A stretch of 59,231 nucleotides of DNA, counting the filler. It is 4 parts of 4 records of this genome, joined end to end, with 100 filler letters (N's around TTAATTAATTAA, not from the genome) between each part and the next. Parts side by side here need not be neighbours in the genome. Positions count along the whole stretch, not along the records: positions 7,425 to 35,113 come from SRR2962707_5441; 3 more parts are not named here. The stretch is one strand, 5' to 3'. A model generated the notes under the pieces. It was not told the origin of the DNA and ran no database searches. It was given only the letters and a program-made list of their open reading frames with translations. This document shows positions 17,676-28,140 of this stretch, piece after piece. How positions within the stretch are numbered: position 1 is the first letter of the stretch; every line of letters starts with the position of its first letter. The position numbers were made by a program, and so were the translations under genes.

Positions 17676-18743
17676 ATGATAACCGCCGAATTACATACAT
17701 CCGAATCCGCGAGCGTACAAAGTTACCGCGGGCTGGTGGCCCGCCGCATCGCGATCCTTGCAGGTCTAACCATAGCACTGGTGTTGTCGGTGGCGGTGGA
17801 CGTTTCGCTGGGGCCTGCGCGCTATGCCTTATTGGACGTTCTGAAAACGCTTTTTGCGCCGGGGGCCGCCGATTTGCAGATACGCGTCGTCGTCTGGGAT
17901 ATTCGAATGCCGATGGCGTTGCTCGCTGTGACAGTCGGGGCAAGCTTGTCGCTGGCCGGCGCGCAGATGCAGACCATTTTGGCAAACCCGCTGGCCAGCC
18001 CGTTTACCTTGGGTCTTTCGGCGGCTGCAAGCTTCGGGGCGGCGTTGGCGATGGTACTGGGCGTTTCATTGTTTCCCGGCGCTATTTCATTAATGGTTCC
18101 AATCAACGCTTTTGCCATGGCAATGGCGGCTTCTCTTTTGATTTTTGGCCTGTCGACACTCAGAGGCGTGACTGTAGAAACGATCGTGTTACTGGGCATC
18201 GCGTTGGTGTTCTCGTTTAATGCAGCTCTGGCATTGCTTCAATATTTCGCCTCCGAACAAGCGCTTTCTGCGGTGGTTTTCTGGACCATGGGAAGCCTGT
18301 CCAAGGCCACTTGGGGGAAGGTCGCGGTGACCGCGATTATTCTCGCGATCTGCACGCCGCTATTCGCCCGCCGTGCTTGGGCGCTGACTGCGATCCGGCT
18401 GGGCGAGGTTCGGGCCTCGGCCATGGGGGTGCCCGTGAAACGGTTGCGCCTCGAGGCACTGGTGCTGGTCTCGGTGCTGGCCGCGGTGCCCATAAGTTTC
18501 GTCGGCACGATCGGTTTCATCGGCATCGTCGGACCCCATGTGGCGCGCCTGCTGTTGGGCGAAGATCAACGGTTCTTCCTGCCCGGTTCGATGCTGTCGG
18601 GCGCAGTGATCCTTTCGGCCACGTCAGTTTTATCCAAGGCGATCCTGCCGGGTGCCGTGCTTCCTATTGGGATCATCACCGCCCTTGTAGGGGTGCCGTT
18701 CTTTGCAGCACTGATCCTGACGAAGGGACGCAAATCATGGTAA
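17676..18743 (+). CDS. FecCD/BtuC-family ABC permease
   Basis: DIRMP, QTILANPLASPFTLG, GTIGFIGIVGPH. Confidence 0.92.
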   Translation: MITAELHTSESASVQSYRGLVARRIAILAGLTIALVLSVAVDVSLGPARYALLDVLKTLFAPGAADLQIRVVVWDIRMPMALLAVTVGASLSLAGAQMQTILANPLASPFTLGLSAAASFGAALAMVLGVSLFPGAISLMVPINAFAMAMAASLLIFGLSTLRGVTVETIVLLGIALVFSFNAALALLQYFASEQALSAVVFWTMGSLSKATWGKVAVTAIILAICTPLFARRAWALTAIRLGEVRASAMGVPVKRLRLEALVLVSVLAAVPISFVGTIGFIGIVGPHVARLLLGEDQRFFLPGSMLSGAVILSATSVLSKAILPGAVLPIGIITALVGVPFFAALILTKGRKSW

Positions 18744-19498
18744 GTTTGACGCTGGACAAGGTTGGCGCGCGTTATGGTCGGCACCAAATCCTGTCTGATG
18801 CCTCGGCCAGTTTGCAAGGTGGTGTGTTGACTGCATTGGTTGGGGCCAATGCGGCCGGAAAATCAACCCTATTTCGTCGCATCGCCGGGCATCTACGTGG
18901 TGCCGGTGACGTCCGGTTAGAAGGGGCCCATGACCATGACCTGCGTTATATGCCCCAAGACACCGGCATGACCGCCGCGCTAACGGTCTATGAATCGATC
19001 ATATTATCGCTGAAGCAAGGTAGCGGCGGCTGGCGTCTGTGTGCTGAGGAACTGCGCGCCGTTGACGAGACCGTGCGCCGCTTCAACATCACGCATCTGG
19101 TCGATCAACAACTGTCCGAACTTTCCGGTGGGCAGCGACAGGCGGTATCAATCGCGCAAACGCTCGTCAGCCAGCCCAAAGTTGTTCTCATGGACGAGCC
19201 AACCTCTGCGCTTGACCTCAACCGCCAGTACGAAGTGTTAGAGTCACTGCGCCTGTATGCCGAGGAAACCCAAGCGGTGTTGATTTTGGCGATGCACGAC
19301 TTGAATCAGGTAATGCGCTGCTGCTCTACGACCATAGCACTGGCGGAAGGGCGCACCCTTGCCTGCGGCCCCACCCTCGACGTGTTGACCCCTGCCCTGA
19401 TCCGTCGCCTTTACGGCATCGATAGCCGGGTAGAACGGTGCTCACGCGGTAACCCTGTAATGATCGTGGACGGCCCAGCTGCACAGGATGCGATCTGA
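18737..19498 (+). CDS. Iron-chelate ABC ATP-binding protein
   Basis: GANAAGKST, LSGGQRQ, LMDEPT, MHDLN. Confidence 0.92.
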   Translation: MVSLTLDKVGARYGRHQILSDASASLQGGVLTALVGANAAGKSTLFRRIAGHLRGAGDVRLEGAHDHDLRYMPQDTGMTAALTVYESIILSLKQGSGGWRLCAEELRAVDETVRRFNITHLVDQQLSELSGGQRQAVSIAQTLVSQPKVVLMDEPTSALDLNRQYEVLESLRLYAEETQAVLILAMHDLNQVMRCCSTTIALAEGRTLACGPTLDVLTPALIRRLYGIDSRVERCSRGNPVMIVDGPAAQDAI

Positions 19499-19650
19499 TA
19501 GCCTGTGGTGCTGCCTGAGGATCATTTGTCGTATGGGAGGAAAGCCGCCATGTTCCAGCTGTCGGGCTCCACGTGCCAATTGTCGACATGCAAAGCGGGA
19601 TTTTCCGGTCTCTGCGGATCGCACCAAGGCAACCGCGCCAGACAAATCCG

Positions 19651-20616
19651 TCAGCTGTTCAAATCAACTTTCAGGCCCGCCCGTTCGCAACGCACCAAGC
19701 TTCCGTTGATTTCGCGCAGAACCTGGAGCCGCGTCCGGCAACTGTCCAATACATCAGGGCAGCGTGGGGCGAATAGGCATCCAGTCCGGGGTGCGAATGG
19801 GTCAGCCGCCGTCGCGCCAAGCTTTAGGTCGGGCAATCCCATGCCCGGTTTCGGAGCCAAGGTCGCCGCCAAGAGTGCACACGTATAAGGGTGTTGAGCA
19901 GCCTCGAATAATACCTCGGTCCGTGCCTCTTCTACCTTTTCACCAAGATACATGACTGCAACCCGGTCGGCCAAATGCTCCACTACCGCGAGATCATGAC
20001 TGACAAAGATCATGGTTAAATCAAGCTCGGCCTTAAGGCTCAGCAGCAGATTGATAATTTGGGCCTGCACGGACACGTCCAAGGCAGAGGTGGGCTCGTC
20101 GCATATCAGCACGCTCGGTTTCAGGATCAGGGCACGGGCGATAGCGACGCGCTGGCGTTGCCCACCAGACAATTCACCCGGATAGGCATCGGCCAGACGG
20201 GACGGAAGGCCCACAATATCCATCATCCGGGCGACTTGTGTTTTTTCTCCGGTGCCGCCATGCAGTCGCAAGGGTTGCGCGATGAGAGTCCGAATACGCT
20301 TAACCGGATTAAGCGAGGCATTCGGGTTCTGAAACACCGGCTGGATAAGGCGCACACGCTCGGCGACCGGCATCGCACCTATTGGCTGACCAGAGATCAG
20401 GATTTCGCCGGAATCGGGCTGTGCCAATCCCAACATGATACTGACAGCCGTGCTTTTGCCGCAGCCGGATTCGCCGACGAGCCCGAGTGTTTCACCCTTG
20501 GCAACCTCAAGCGAAAGGTTGTTTACCGCCAGCAGTTCCTCGGTCTGGCCAAGTAACCCACGGCGCAGGCGGAAGGTTTTACGGATGTCGGTCATTTGGA
20601 TCATAGGATGGATCAT
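19651..20616 (-). CDS. Peptide/opine/nickel-family ABC ATPase (DppF/OppF-like)
   Basis: GESGCGKST, LSGGQRQR, CDEPTSALD, HPYT, GCLFAPRC. Confidence 0.92.
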   Translation of the reverse strand: MIHPMIQMTDIRKTFRLRRGLLGQTEELLAVNNLSLEVAKGETLGLVGESGCGKSTAVSIMLGLAQPDSGEILISGQPIGAMPVAERVRLIQPVFQNPNASLNPVKRIRTLIAQPLRLHGGTGEKTQVARMMDIVGLPSRLADAYPGELSGGQRQRVAIARALILKPSVLICDEPTSALDVSVQAQIINLLLSLKAELDLTMIFVSHDLAVVEHLADRVAVMYLGEKVEEARTEVLFEAAQHPYTCALLAATLAPKPGMGLPDLKLGATAADPFAPRTGCLFAPRCPDVLDSCRTRLQVLREINGSLVRCERAGLKVDLNS

Positions 20617-21602
20617 TGTAACGCCTCGCCTGGGGCTGCCATAAAGCACTCGACAAACCCGTCTGGTCCATGTGCGTAGCGTGGGACGGGGCTACTGGCA
20701 CATTCCTCACTCGCCAGTTCGCACCTGTCGCGGAACGCGCAGCCGTGCATCGTACCGATGAGCCCCGGAACCCGCCCCGGGATTGCCGGCAATTGGCTAC
20801 CGCGTTTTGTCACGCCCGGCACGGGGATCGCACGCAGCAGACCTTGAGTATAGGGGTGCAACGGTGCACGAAACAGCTCGTTGGCAGGGGCCAATTCCGC
20901 AATGCGCCCCGCGTACATCACAGCAACATCGGTCGCGATTGCGGCAACGACGCCAAGGTCATGCGTAATCAAAAGCATTGACAGCCCCAGATCCGATTGC
21001 AATTCGCCCAGCAAGCGCAGGATTTGAGCCTGAATGGTCACATCCAAGGCCGTGGTTGGTTCATCCGCGATCAGCAGACGCGGGCGGCCCATCAGCGCAG
21101 ACGCGATCATAATGCGCTGGCGTTGGCCACCCGAGAATGCGTGCGGGTATTGGGTCAGTCGAGCAGCTGGATTGGATATCCCGACACGGTCCAGCATTTC
21201 AATGGCCCGTGCGTCTGCCGCCGAACGGTCGAGCCTCTCTGAGCGCATCACGCCTTCGGTCAACTGTCGTCCGATGGTCAGCGTCGGGTTGAGCGAGCTT
21301 GTGGGATCCTGAAAGATCATGGCAACGTCACGTCCGCGCAATTGCGCGAGTTTAGATTGCGGGTTGTGGGTCAGATCCTGACCAGCCATGTCGAAGCGAT
21401 CGCATGTCACCGATGCATAGCGCGGCAGCAGGCCCATTAGCGCCATTGCCGTCAGCGACTTGCCGCAGCCAGATTCGCCAACTAGACAAAGCGTATGTCC
21501 GCGTGCGATCTCCAGATCGACTCCGCGCACGGCGTTCAACAGCCCCCTATCGGTCGGCAGTGAGACCGACAGGTTTTTGATATCCAAAAGTAATTCAGTC
21601 AT
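20613..21602 (-). CDS. Peptide/opine/nickel-family ABC ATPase (DppD/OppD-like)
   Basis: GESGCGKS, FSGGQRQR, ADEPTTALD, HPYT. Confidence 0.92.
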   Translation of the reverse strand: MTELLLDIKNLSVSLPTDRGLLNAVRGVDLEIARGHTLCLVGESGCGKSLTAMALMGLLPRYASVTCDRFDMAGQDLTHNPQSKLAQLRGRDVAMIFQDPTSSLNPTLTIGRQLTEGVMRSERLDRSAADARAIEMLDRVGISNPAARLTQYPHAFSGGQRQRIMIASALMGRPRLLIADEPTTALDVTIQAQILRLLGELQSDLGLSMLLITHDLGVVAAIATDVAVMYAGRIAELAPANELFRAPLHPYTQGLLRAIPVPGVTKRGSQLPAIPGRVPGLIGTMHGCAFRDRCELASEECASSPVPRYAHGPDGFVECFMAAPGEALQ

Positions 21603-22471
21603 CTTCTTGCAGGCCCCGTAATGTCGCGCATGCCGTCTCCGAACAGGTTGACGGCCAATACCAGCAGGCAGAGCGCCGACCCCGGCAAAGCGATCAACCA
21701 CGGATCGAACAGGATGTTGTCCCGGCCTTCGGAGATCATCAGCCCCCACGACGGAGTGGGCGGTCGCACGCCAAGACCAAGGAAGGAAAGCGCGGCCTCG
21801 AGCAAGATGACGTTCGCGACCTCGAGCGTCACCACGACAAGGATCATGCTTTGCATGTTCGGCAATATCTCAAGGAACAGAATCCGGGCGCGGCTTGCGC
21901 CAATGGCCCGCAGCCCATGAATGAACTCTTGATGTCGCAGGCTTTGCGTCGCTGCCCGAGCGACGACAGCGAACCTGTCCCACAGTAGCAACCCCAAAAC
22001 GGTGATCAGTGTGGTCAGCGACGCCCCCCCAAGGGCCACCGCTGCCAAGGCGACCAGAACAATCGGCAGCGAGAGCCGCGTGGTAATGGCAAAGCTGATC
22101 ACCATATCGACCCAGCCGCCAAAATAGCCAGCAAGCAGGCCCAACGTCACGCCGATCATGCCAGAGACCAGCGTAACACCCAAACCAACGCCAAGAGAAA
22201 TCCGCGCGCCGTAGATCATACGTGAGAGGTAGTCTCGACCCAAGTGATCCGTGCCCAGCAGGTGCTCGGGCACAGACCGGTCGTGCCAGAACGGTGGCAG
22301 CAAGCGCCGAGTCAGGTCCTGTGCAACGGGATCGTGCGGCGCAAGCAGTGGGGCGAATACTGCAACCAGCACGATCAGCAGCAGGATCGATCCACCGATC
22401 ATAACACCGGAGTTGCGTAAAGATTTTTGCCACACCGTAGCGGGCCGGGTTTCAGCGGAAATGTCGGACAT
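21599..22471 (-). CDS. ABC permease (DppC-like)
   Basis: HLLGTDHLGRD, LSFLGLG, PTPSWG, NLFGDG. Confidence 0.92.
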   Translation of the reverse strand: MSDISAETRPATVWQKSLRNSGVMIGGSILLLIVLVAVFAPLLAPHDPVAQDLTRRLLPPFWHDRSVPEHLLGTDHLGRDYLSRMIYGARISLGVGLGVTLVSGMIGVTLGLLAGYFGGWVDMVISFAITTRLSLPIVLVALAAVALGGASLTTLITVLGLLLWDRFAVVARAATQSLRHQEFIHGLRAIGASRARILFLEILPNMQSMILVVVTLEVANVILLEAALSFLGLGVRPPTPSWGLMISEGRDNILFDPWLIALPGSALCLLVLAVNLFGDGMRDITGPARR

Positions 22472-22472
22472 T

Positions 22473-23393
22473 TTACGCAGCTCCTCTGAGACGGGGGTCA
22501 AGCACAGCGTTCAGGATATCGGCGCAGGTTGTCAGTGCGACATAGAGCAACGAAAGGATCAGAATGATCGCCTGAACCACCGGCAGGTCGCTGCGCAGCA
22601 AAGATTCCCAAGCCAGCCGCCCCAGTCCGTTCAGCGCAAAGACGCTTTCGATCACGATAGAGCCGGACAGAAGCAAACCCAGTTGCACAGCGGCCAGCGA
22701 TACCAATGGCAGAACGGCATTGCGCAATGCATGGCGATAGATAACCGTCGTCATTGGCAATCCTTTTGCCCGTGCCGCGCGAATGTAGTCGGTTGCCAAA
22801 ACGTCGATCATCCCCGACCGGGTGATCCGCATCATTGCGGGCATCGCATAATAGCTCAGCACGATCACCGGTAGGATGTAACCCTGCCATGTCTCCGCGC
22901 CGGAAATAGGCACCCAGCCGTACCAGACCCCAAACACGACTATCGCCATGAGGCCAAGCCAAAAGCTTGGGATGGCTTGGCCGGTCACGGCCAGAACAAG
23001 TGCTGCACGGTCGACCCAACCATTGGGACGCAGTGCCGCCGCTACCCCGAGTGGAACCGCAACCACCAGGGCCAGCAAAAAGGACATCACACCGAGCTTT
23101 AAAGTCACGCCGAAACGGTTCCCGATAATCTCGGTGACCGGAATATTGAAATAAATGCTTTGGCCAAAGTCACCCGTCAGGGCGTTGCCGACCCAATCGA
23201 GATACTGGATCAAGAGCGGGCGATCAAAGCCGTACGCGACACGAATAGCTTCGGCATCTTGTGCCCGACCACCGGCACCAGCAATCGCGATTGCCGGATC
23301 GCCAGACAGAAACATCAGGGCGAAACTGATCGCCGATACGGTTACGCAGACGCAAAAGGCGACGAACAGCCGTCTTAAAATGAATGAAACCAT
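22473..23393 (-). CDS. ABC permease (DppB-like)
   Basis: GDFGQS, DYIRAARAKGL, HALRNA, DPRLR. Confidence 0.92.
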   Translation of the reverse strand: MVSFILRRLFVAFCVCVTVSAISFALMFLSGDPAIAIAGAGGRAQDAEAIRVAYGFDRPLLIQYLDWVGNALTGDFGQSIYFNIPVTEIIGNRFGVTLKLGVMSFLLALVVAVPLGVAAALRPNGWVDRAALVLAVTGQAIPSFWLGLMAIVVFGVWYGWVPISGAETWQGYILPVIVLSYYAMPAMMRITRSGMIDVLATDYIRAARAKGLPMTTVIYRHALRNAVLPLVSLAAVQLGLLLSGSIVIESVFALNGLGRLAWESLLRSDLPVVQAIILILSLLYVALTTCADILNAVLDPRLRGAA

Positions 23394-23463
23394 GGTGTAT
23401 TCCCGTATAAAGGTCCGGACGACGGGGAGAAAGCCGCCCGGACCATTGCCTTTTGAGGGTGAC

Positions 23464-24996
23464 CTATTTCCAGCTGGCCATCCACCAACGGGCAAACTCG
23501 TCGGGGTGCGGAGTAAAATTCAGATCATTGGACAGGCCATAGTTGACGTTGAAATTGTACATCGGCATCCAATAGGCTTCGTCAGCGATCTTCTTGACGG
23601 CGAGGCTGTAATTCTCGGCACGCACGTCACGGTCGGCCGCAGTGTCGGCCACAGTCAACCAACCCGCCACTTCCTTGTCCTGAACCAGATCGTCGGCACC
23701 GCCGCCAAAGAAGTTTGACAGAATAAAGACGGCATCGCCGATCCCGTAGCTGCCCCAGTTAGAGAAGAACGCTGGCAGTTCTTTGGCGCGCCATTTACCA
23801 ATGCCCGCCGCATACTGTTGTTCGTTCAGAACAAGCGTCACGCCGACTTTGGCCAGATCAGCGGCGATAGCTTCAGCTGTCGGGCGGGGCATAGCGGCAA
23901 AGACCATTTCAAGCTCGAACCCATCCGCATAGCCCGCTTCGGCCAGCAATGCGCGGGCCTTTTCCGGGTCATACTCATAGGTCGTCACATCCTGCTCGCA
24001 GCCAAACTGTGCCGGGTTACAAGGCGTGTTTAGAACTTTTGAAGCGCCGCCCGCAAAAGCATTGACGACGGCCTCGCGGTTGGTGGCGTGGATCAAGGCT
24101 TGGCGTACACGCTTGTCTGCGATTGGGCTGTTGCCCTCGATCGCTTCGGGGGCAAAACCGACATATCCGATGCGCATAATCGGAGCGCTGATGATCTGAA
24201 CGCGGCTTTCAAGACGCGCCGCCTGATCGGGGGCAATGCGCCAGATCCAGTCCAGATCGCCAGACATCAGTTCGGCGAATTGTGTGTTCATTTCTGGCAT
24301 GGTGCGGACCACGATCTTGCCGATCTCCGCCCCGCTTTTCGGGCTACCGGCGTAGTGGTCTTCAAACCGTTCCAGTTCGTAACGAATGCCGGGCTCCTGC
24401 GACACCAGCTTGTACGGCCCGGTGCCGATGGGGGTTGCGGCCATACCCGCTGATCCGTTCTGCGCAAAAAACGCATGTGGATACATCGGCAAAGCATCTG
24501 CCAGCATTTCGACCGCACCAGCAAATGGCTTGGACATGTTGATACGAACTTTGTAATCGTCCAGCTTTTCGACGCTGTCGATCCAGTCAACCGAGATCGA
24601 ATAGCGGGTGCCATATTCGGCAGCGATGACAGTGTTTAGGGTCTCAACGACGTCATCGGCCGAAAAATCCGATCCGTCGTGGAACTTGACACCTTTGCGC
24701 AGCGAAAAATCCATCGTGAGCGGACCGGTGAATTCCCAGCTTTCTGCAAGCGCAGGTACGATTTCGCCAGTGTCGAGGTTCTTGTATAAAAGCCCGTCGT
24801 AAATGTGACGCGCAAGTATAAGCCCCTCGCGGCCGGCGATCTTGTAGGTATCCAGGGGTTCCGGCTCGGCTGCGAAGGCCACGTTAAGGGTGTTGCTTGC
24901 CTTGTCAGCCAGGACCGGTGTGCCGGTCGAAAGAACAGTACAGGCGGCAAGCGCCGCGAGCCCTGTCAGAATTCGTTTAGATTGAAAGTATGTCAT
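23464..24996 (-). CDS. Family 5 ABC substrate-binding protein
   Basis: Signal peptide, PALAESWE, LRKGVKFHDG, PIGTGPYKL. Confidence 0.92.
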   Translation of the reverse strand: MTYFQSKRILTGLAALAACTVLSTGTPVLADKASNTLNVAFAAEPEPLDTYKIAGREGLILARHIYDGLLYKNLDTGEIVPALAESWEFTGPLTMDFSLRKGVKFHDGSDFSADDVVETLNTVIAAEYGTRYSISVDWIDSVEKLDDYKVRINMSKPFAGAVEMLADALPMYPHAFFAQNGSAGMAATPIGTGPYKLVSQEPGIRYELERFEDHYAGSPKSGAEIGKIVVRTMPEMNTQFAELMSGDLDWIWRIAPDQAARLESRVQIISAPIMRIGYVGFAPEAIEGNSPIADKRVRQALIHATNREAVVNAFAGGASKVLNTPCNPAQFGCEQDVTTYEYDPEKARALLAEAGYADGFELEMVFAAMPRPTAEAIAADLAKVGVTLVLNEQQYAAGIGKWRAKELPAFFSNWGSYGIGDAVFILSNFFGGGADDLVQDKEVAGWLTVADTAADRDVRAENYSLAVKKIADEAYWMPMYNFNVNYGLSNDLNFTPHPDEFARWWMASWK

Positions 24997-25049
24997 GTGA
25001 TCCTCTGTTGGTTGGGAGCGATAGTATTTTCACGGCCGGTTTTCCGGCG

Positions 25050-25664
25050 TTATGCGGACGATTTTTCGCCTCTGGTTATCTGGGCTAGTGTCTCTCCGGC
25101 GCGCAGCCGGTCGAGAATGTCTATTTCCTGATGTTGCATGAGGCGCGCGCGCCGACAGAACGTTTCGGCCTGTCCGGGATCCATAACGACAACGCCACTT
25201 TCGTCAGCGAGCACCATGTCTCCGGGCCGTACCGCGACACCGCCGCAATTGATCGCAACATTCACATCCCCACCAATCCCTCTGGGTTTGGTGGTGATCG
25301 GAGAATGGCCACGACACCAGACGGGAAAAGCTTCATCAATGATGGCCGAGCGGTCGGTGATAAAGCCGTCGATCACCACTCCGGCAATGCCGCGCGCTTT
25401 GGCAGCGCAGGTGGTTACGGCACCCCAGCAAGCGTGGCGAAAATCTCCGCAGCGATCCACGACAATTATCTGTCCGGGCTGCGCAATAGACAGCGCATCA
25501 ACCAAGGCCGCGCCATCATCGCCGGGCATACGTACGGTCAACGCCGGTCCGAACACTCGTGTTTCAGGTATCAGGGCTTGGATCGAAGGGGCCATGAACC
25601 CGTCGCTCAGAAAATGCCCAAGCGTAGCGGTTTCAATATCAGACAGATCAAGATGGGAGTTCAT
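25050..25664 (-). CDS. RraA/HMG-aldolase family protein
   Basis: GPALTVR, ACWG, GVVIDG, VRPGDMVLADESGV. Confidence 0.85.
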   Translation of the reverse strand: MNSHLDLSDIETATLGHFLSDGFMAPSIQALIPETRVFGPALTVRMPGDDGAALVDALSIAQPGQIIVVDRCGDFRHACWGAVTTCAAKARGIAGVVIDGFITDRSAIIDEAFPVWCRGHSPITTKPRGIGGDVNVAINCGGVAVRPGDMVLADESGVVVMDPGQAETFCRRARLMQHQEIDILDRLRAGETLAQITRGEKSSA

Positions 25665-25727
25665 GTGCGTTCTCGGTTTTCTTGCAGTTATTGAAACCAG
25701 ACCGCGTAATCCATCTTTGGTCAAATA

Positions 25728-25758
25728 GATCAGGGCTATGACACATATAGCCCTGATC
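25728..25758. terminator. Intercistronic hairpin after the RidA-family gene
   Basis: GATCAGGGCTAT-N7-ATAGCCCTGATC perfect 12-bp stem. Confidence 0.55.
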
Positions 25759-25764
25759 AGTGTC

Positions 25765-26109
25765 TTAGATCGCCGCCGTAACGATGAATTCGACGCGATA
25801 CTCAGGTGTCGCCAATTTGGCCTCTCCGCAGGCACGCACGGCCAAGTTGGCAGGATCGACCCACGCGTCGTAGACCGCATTCATCGCGGCAAAGTCCGAC
25901 ATATCGGACAACCAGATAATCACCTGCAGCATTTTGGATTTGTCACTGCCAACCTCGGCCAGCAAGGCGTCAATTGCATCGAGACAGTCCTGTGTCTGAG
26001 TATCGATGTCGGCACCGGCTGTACCGACTTGGCCTGCCAAATACACGGTATTGTTGTGGATCACGGCTTGGCTCATGCGCGGGCCGGGATGTAATCGGGT
26101 AATGCTCAT
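25765..26109 (-). CDS. RidA/YjgF family protein (YoaB-like)
   Basis: GPRMSQAV, VYLAGQV, FAAMNAVYDAW, RACGEAKLA. Confidence 0.9.
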   Translation of the reverse strand: MSITRLHPGPRMSQAVIHNNTVYLAGQVGTAGADIDTQTQDCLDAIDALLAEVGSDKSKMLQVIIWLSDMSDFAAMNAVYDAWVDPANLAVRACGEAKLATPEYRVEFIVTAAI

Positions 26110-26179
26110 TGGTTTCTCTTTCCTGTTAAAAACTTCAGCAACCGTACTAAATTGATGCGATTCAGCACAGACCATGTGA

Positions 26180-26216
26180 ATAGCTGACGGGAATGGCAGA
26201 AATAGCTTTATGCTAT
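26180..26216. promoter_or_regulatory. Tandem LysR boxes
   Basis: ATAG-N7-GAAT (26180) and perfect ATAG-N7-CTAT (26202), 22 bp apart, in the ridA/lysR divergent region. Confidence 0.7.
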
Positions 26217-26278
26217 GAGTTGTTTTCGTCAGTGAATGATATCATTGGCCCGCGCCGCAGACTCACTGGAAAGTAAAC

Positions 26279-27211
26279 ATGGATGCCAACCTACCATCAG
26301 GGCTAAACTGGAACCTGCTCCGGATGTTTTATATGATCGCTAAGGAACAAAGCATCACTAAAGCAGCCAAGCGGTTGGGCCTTAGCCAGCCTTCGGTCAG
26401 CAATGCCCTGCAGAAGCTCGAAGCCCAACTTGACTGCCAATTGGTGTTTCGCGACAGCCGCCACTTTGAACTAACCATGCGCGGTGACAAAATCTTTCAG
26501 GAATGCCGCGAGATTTTTCATAGCGCGGAACGCATATCGATCTTGGTGCAAGGTGCTACCGAAGAGGAGCGCGGCCAAGTCAGGTATCAAATCGTAAGCA
26601 ATCTTGTGTCGCCGATGCTGGACGAATTACTGCGCCTGTATCACCAGCGGCATCCTTCTGTGATGTTCCAGAGCGAGATTCAAAACAGCCAAACCATCGT
26701 GCGTAACATTCAACAGGGTCGTCTTGGCCTTGGGTTCTGCCTGTTGTCCAGACCGATTGTCAATTTAAGCTCGATACGTCTGTTTCGCGAAGAGTTTCGC
26801 GTGTTCTGCGGCGCAGAACATCCGCTGTTTGGGATGGAAGCCGTGAGCGTCCGAGACCTGCAGCGTGAACCTTTCATTTCGTTCGCCTGCGCTACGGAAG
26901 GGATGGGGCTTGAACCCATGTCGGTGCTGCGTGAAGGCACGCGCCTTGGCAACCGGATCAATGGTCTAAGCACGAACCTTGAGGAAGTGCGCAGGATGAT
27001 TGTCGCGGGGTTGGGTATAGGCATTCTGCCCCTTATGTCGGTCACCAGCGACATTCGCGATGGTACCCTATGGCCGCTTAAAATAACGGACGAACCGATT
27101 GGCGCAGATGTGTATCTGGTACATGCCCCGTTAGACAAGTTGACCGAGTCAGAGCAGAAGTTCGTGCTAATGGCGCAAGAATTGATTGCGCTTTATCCCA
27201 ACATGACCTGA
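26279..27211 (+). CDS. LysR family transcriptional regulator
   Basis: SITKAAKRLGLSQPSVSNALQKLE HTH, 310 aa. Confidence 0.95.
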   Translation: MDANLPSGLNWNLLRMFYMIAKEQSITKAAKRLGLSQPSVSNALQKLEAQLDCQLVFRDSRHFELTMRGDKIFQECREIFHSAERISILVQGATEEERGQVRYQIVSNLVSPMLDELLRLYHQRHPSVMFQSEIQNSQTIVRNIQQGRLGLGFCLLSRPIVNLSSIRLFREEFRVFCGAEHPLFGMEAVSVRDLQREPFISFACATEGMGLEPMSVLREGTRLGNRINGLSTNLEEVRRMIVAGLGIGILPLMSVTSDIRDGTLWPLKITDEPIGADVYLVHAPLDKLTESEQKFVLMAQELIALYPNMT

Positions 27212-28140
27212 CCGTGTGCCAGCGTGGCTGCCGCCAAATCCTGTAGCGCCATGCCCGCGGATTTGAATACGGTAAATGCGGCATCGTCCTGCCGCCCCAC
27301 ATGCTGCCCCTGACTTAGCTCGGAAAGATCACCCAAAATATGGCTCGGGTCGATCAGACCCGCCGCCAGAGGTATCGCCAAATCGCCCGCCATGGTGGCA
27401 CCGTCGCGACGGTCTACAAACACTTGCGCCTGGAGAATTGCCCGATCATCGCTTTCGCGCATGTCGCCTTTGAACGCGCCGATCAGATCCAGATGGGTAC
27501 CGGGCCTAAGCCAATCCCCATGTACAACAGGACGGGTTGAGGCGGTCACGGTGCTGATCACATCCGCCGCACCGCAAGCCGCTTTAAGATCACCGACCGC
27601 TGCAGCTGCGATGCCCAATTCGCATAGCTCGTGCGCAACCGCCGCCGCCTTGCTTGGGTCGCGTCCCCAAACGGAGACACTGGAATATGGCCGCATCGCA
27701 CACTGGGCCGCTGCTACCGGAACAGCCAGTTGACCTGTGCCGACAATCAACAACCGTGTGGCATCCTTGCGCGCCAGATAATCCGCCGCAAGAGCAGAGG
27801 CAGCGGCTGTACGGCGCGCTGTCAGCGTGTCACCATCCAACGCCGCCTGCATCTCGCCTGTTTTGCCGTCGAACAACAGATAGCCCGCATTGATCGTGGC
27901 CAACCCTTTTGATGCGTTTTCCGGAAAGAAAGTCACGACCTTCACCCCGATACTCTCTCCAGGAACCCAAGCCGGCATGATCAGCAGCGATCCTTCGCTG
28001 CCATCAGGTTGCCGGATGGTCAGCACCTGTCGCGCAGATGCTTCGACTGCATTCTCGCGGTACCATTCCCGCAGTCGGCCAATCAGCCCGGACCAGTCCA
28101 GCGACTGCTCCAGTGCTTCATGTGTTATCAGGGTGCTCAT
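27193..28140 (-). CDS. Ornithine cyclodeaminase/mu-crystallin family protein
   Basis: GVKVVT, LTARRTAAASALA, PGTHLDLIG, FKSAGMALQD. Confidence 0.9.
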   Translation of the reverse strand: MSTLITHEALEQSLDWSGLIGRLREWYRENAVEASARQVLTIRQPDGSEGSLLIMPAWVPGESIGVKVVTFFPENASKGLATINAGYLLFDGKTGEMQAALDGDTLTARRTAAASALAADYLARKDATRLLIVGTGQLAVPVAAAQCAMRPYSSVSVWGRDPSKAAAVAHELCELGIAAAAVGDLKAACGAADVISTVTASTRPVVHGDWLRPGTHLDLIGAFKGDMRESDDRAILQAQVFVDRRDGATMAGDLAIPLAAGLIDPSHILGDLSELSQGQHVGRQDDAAFTVFKSAGMALQDLAAATLAHGQVMLG

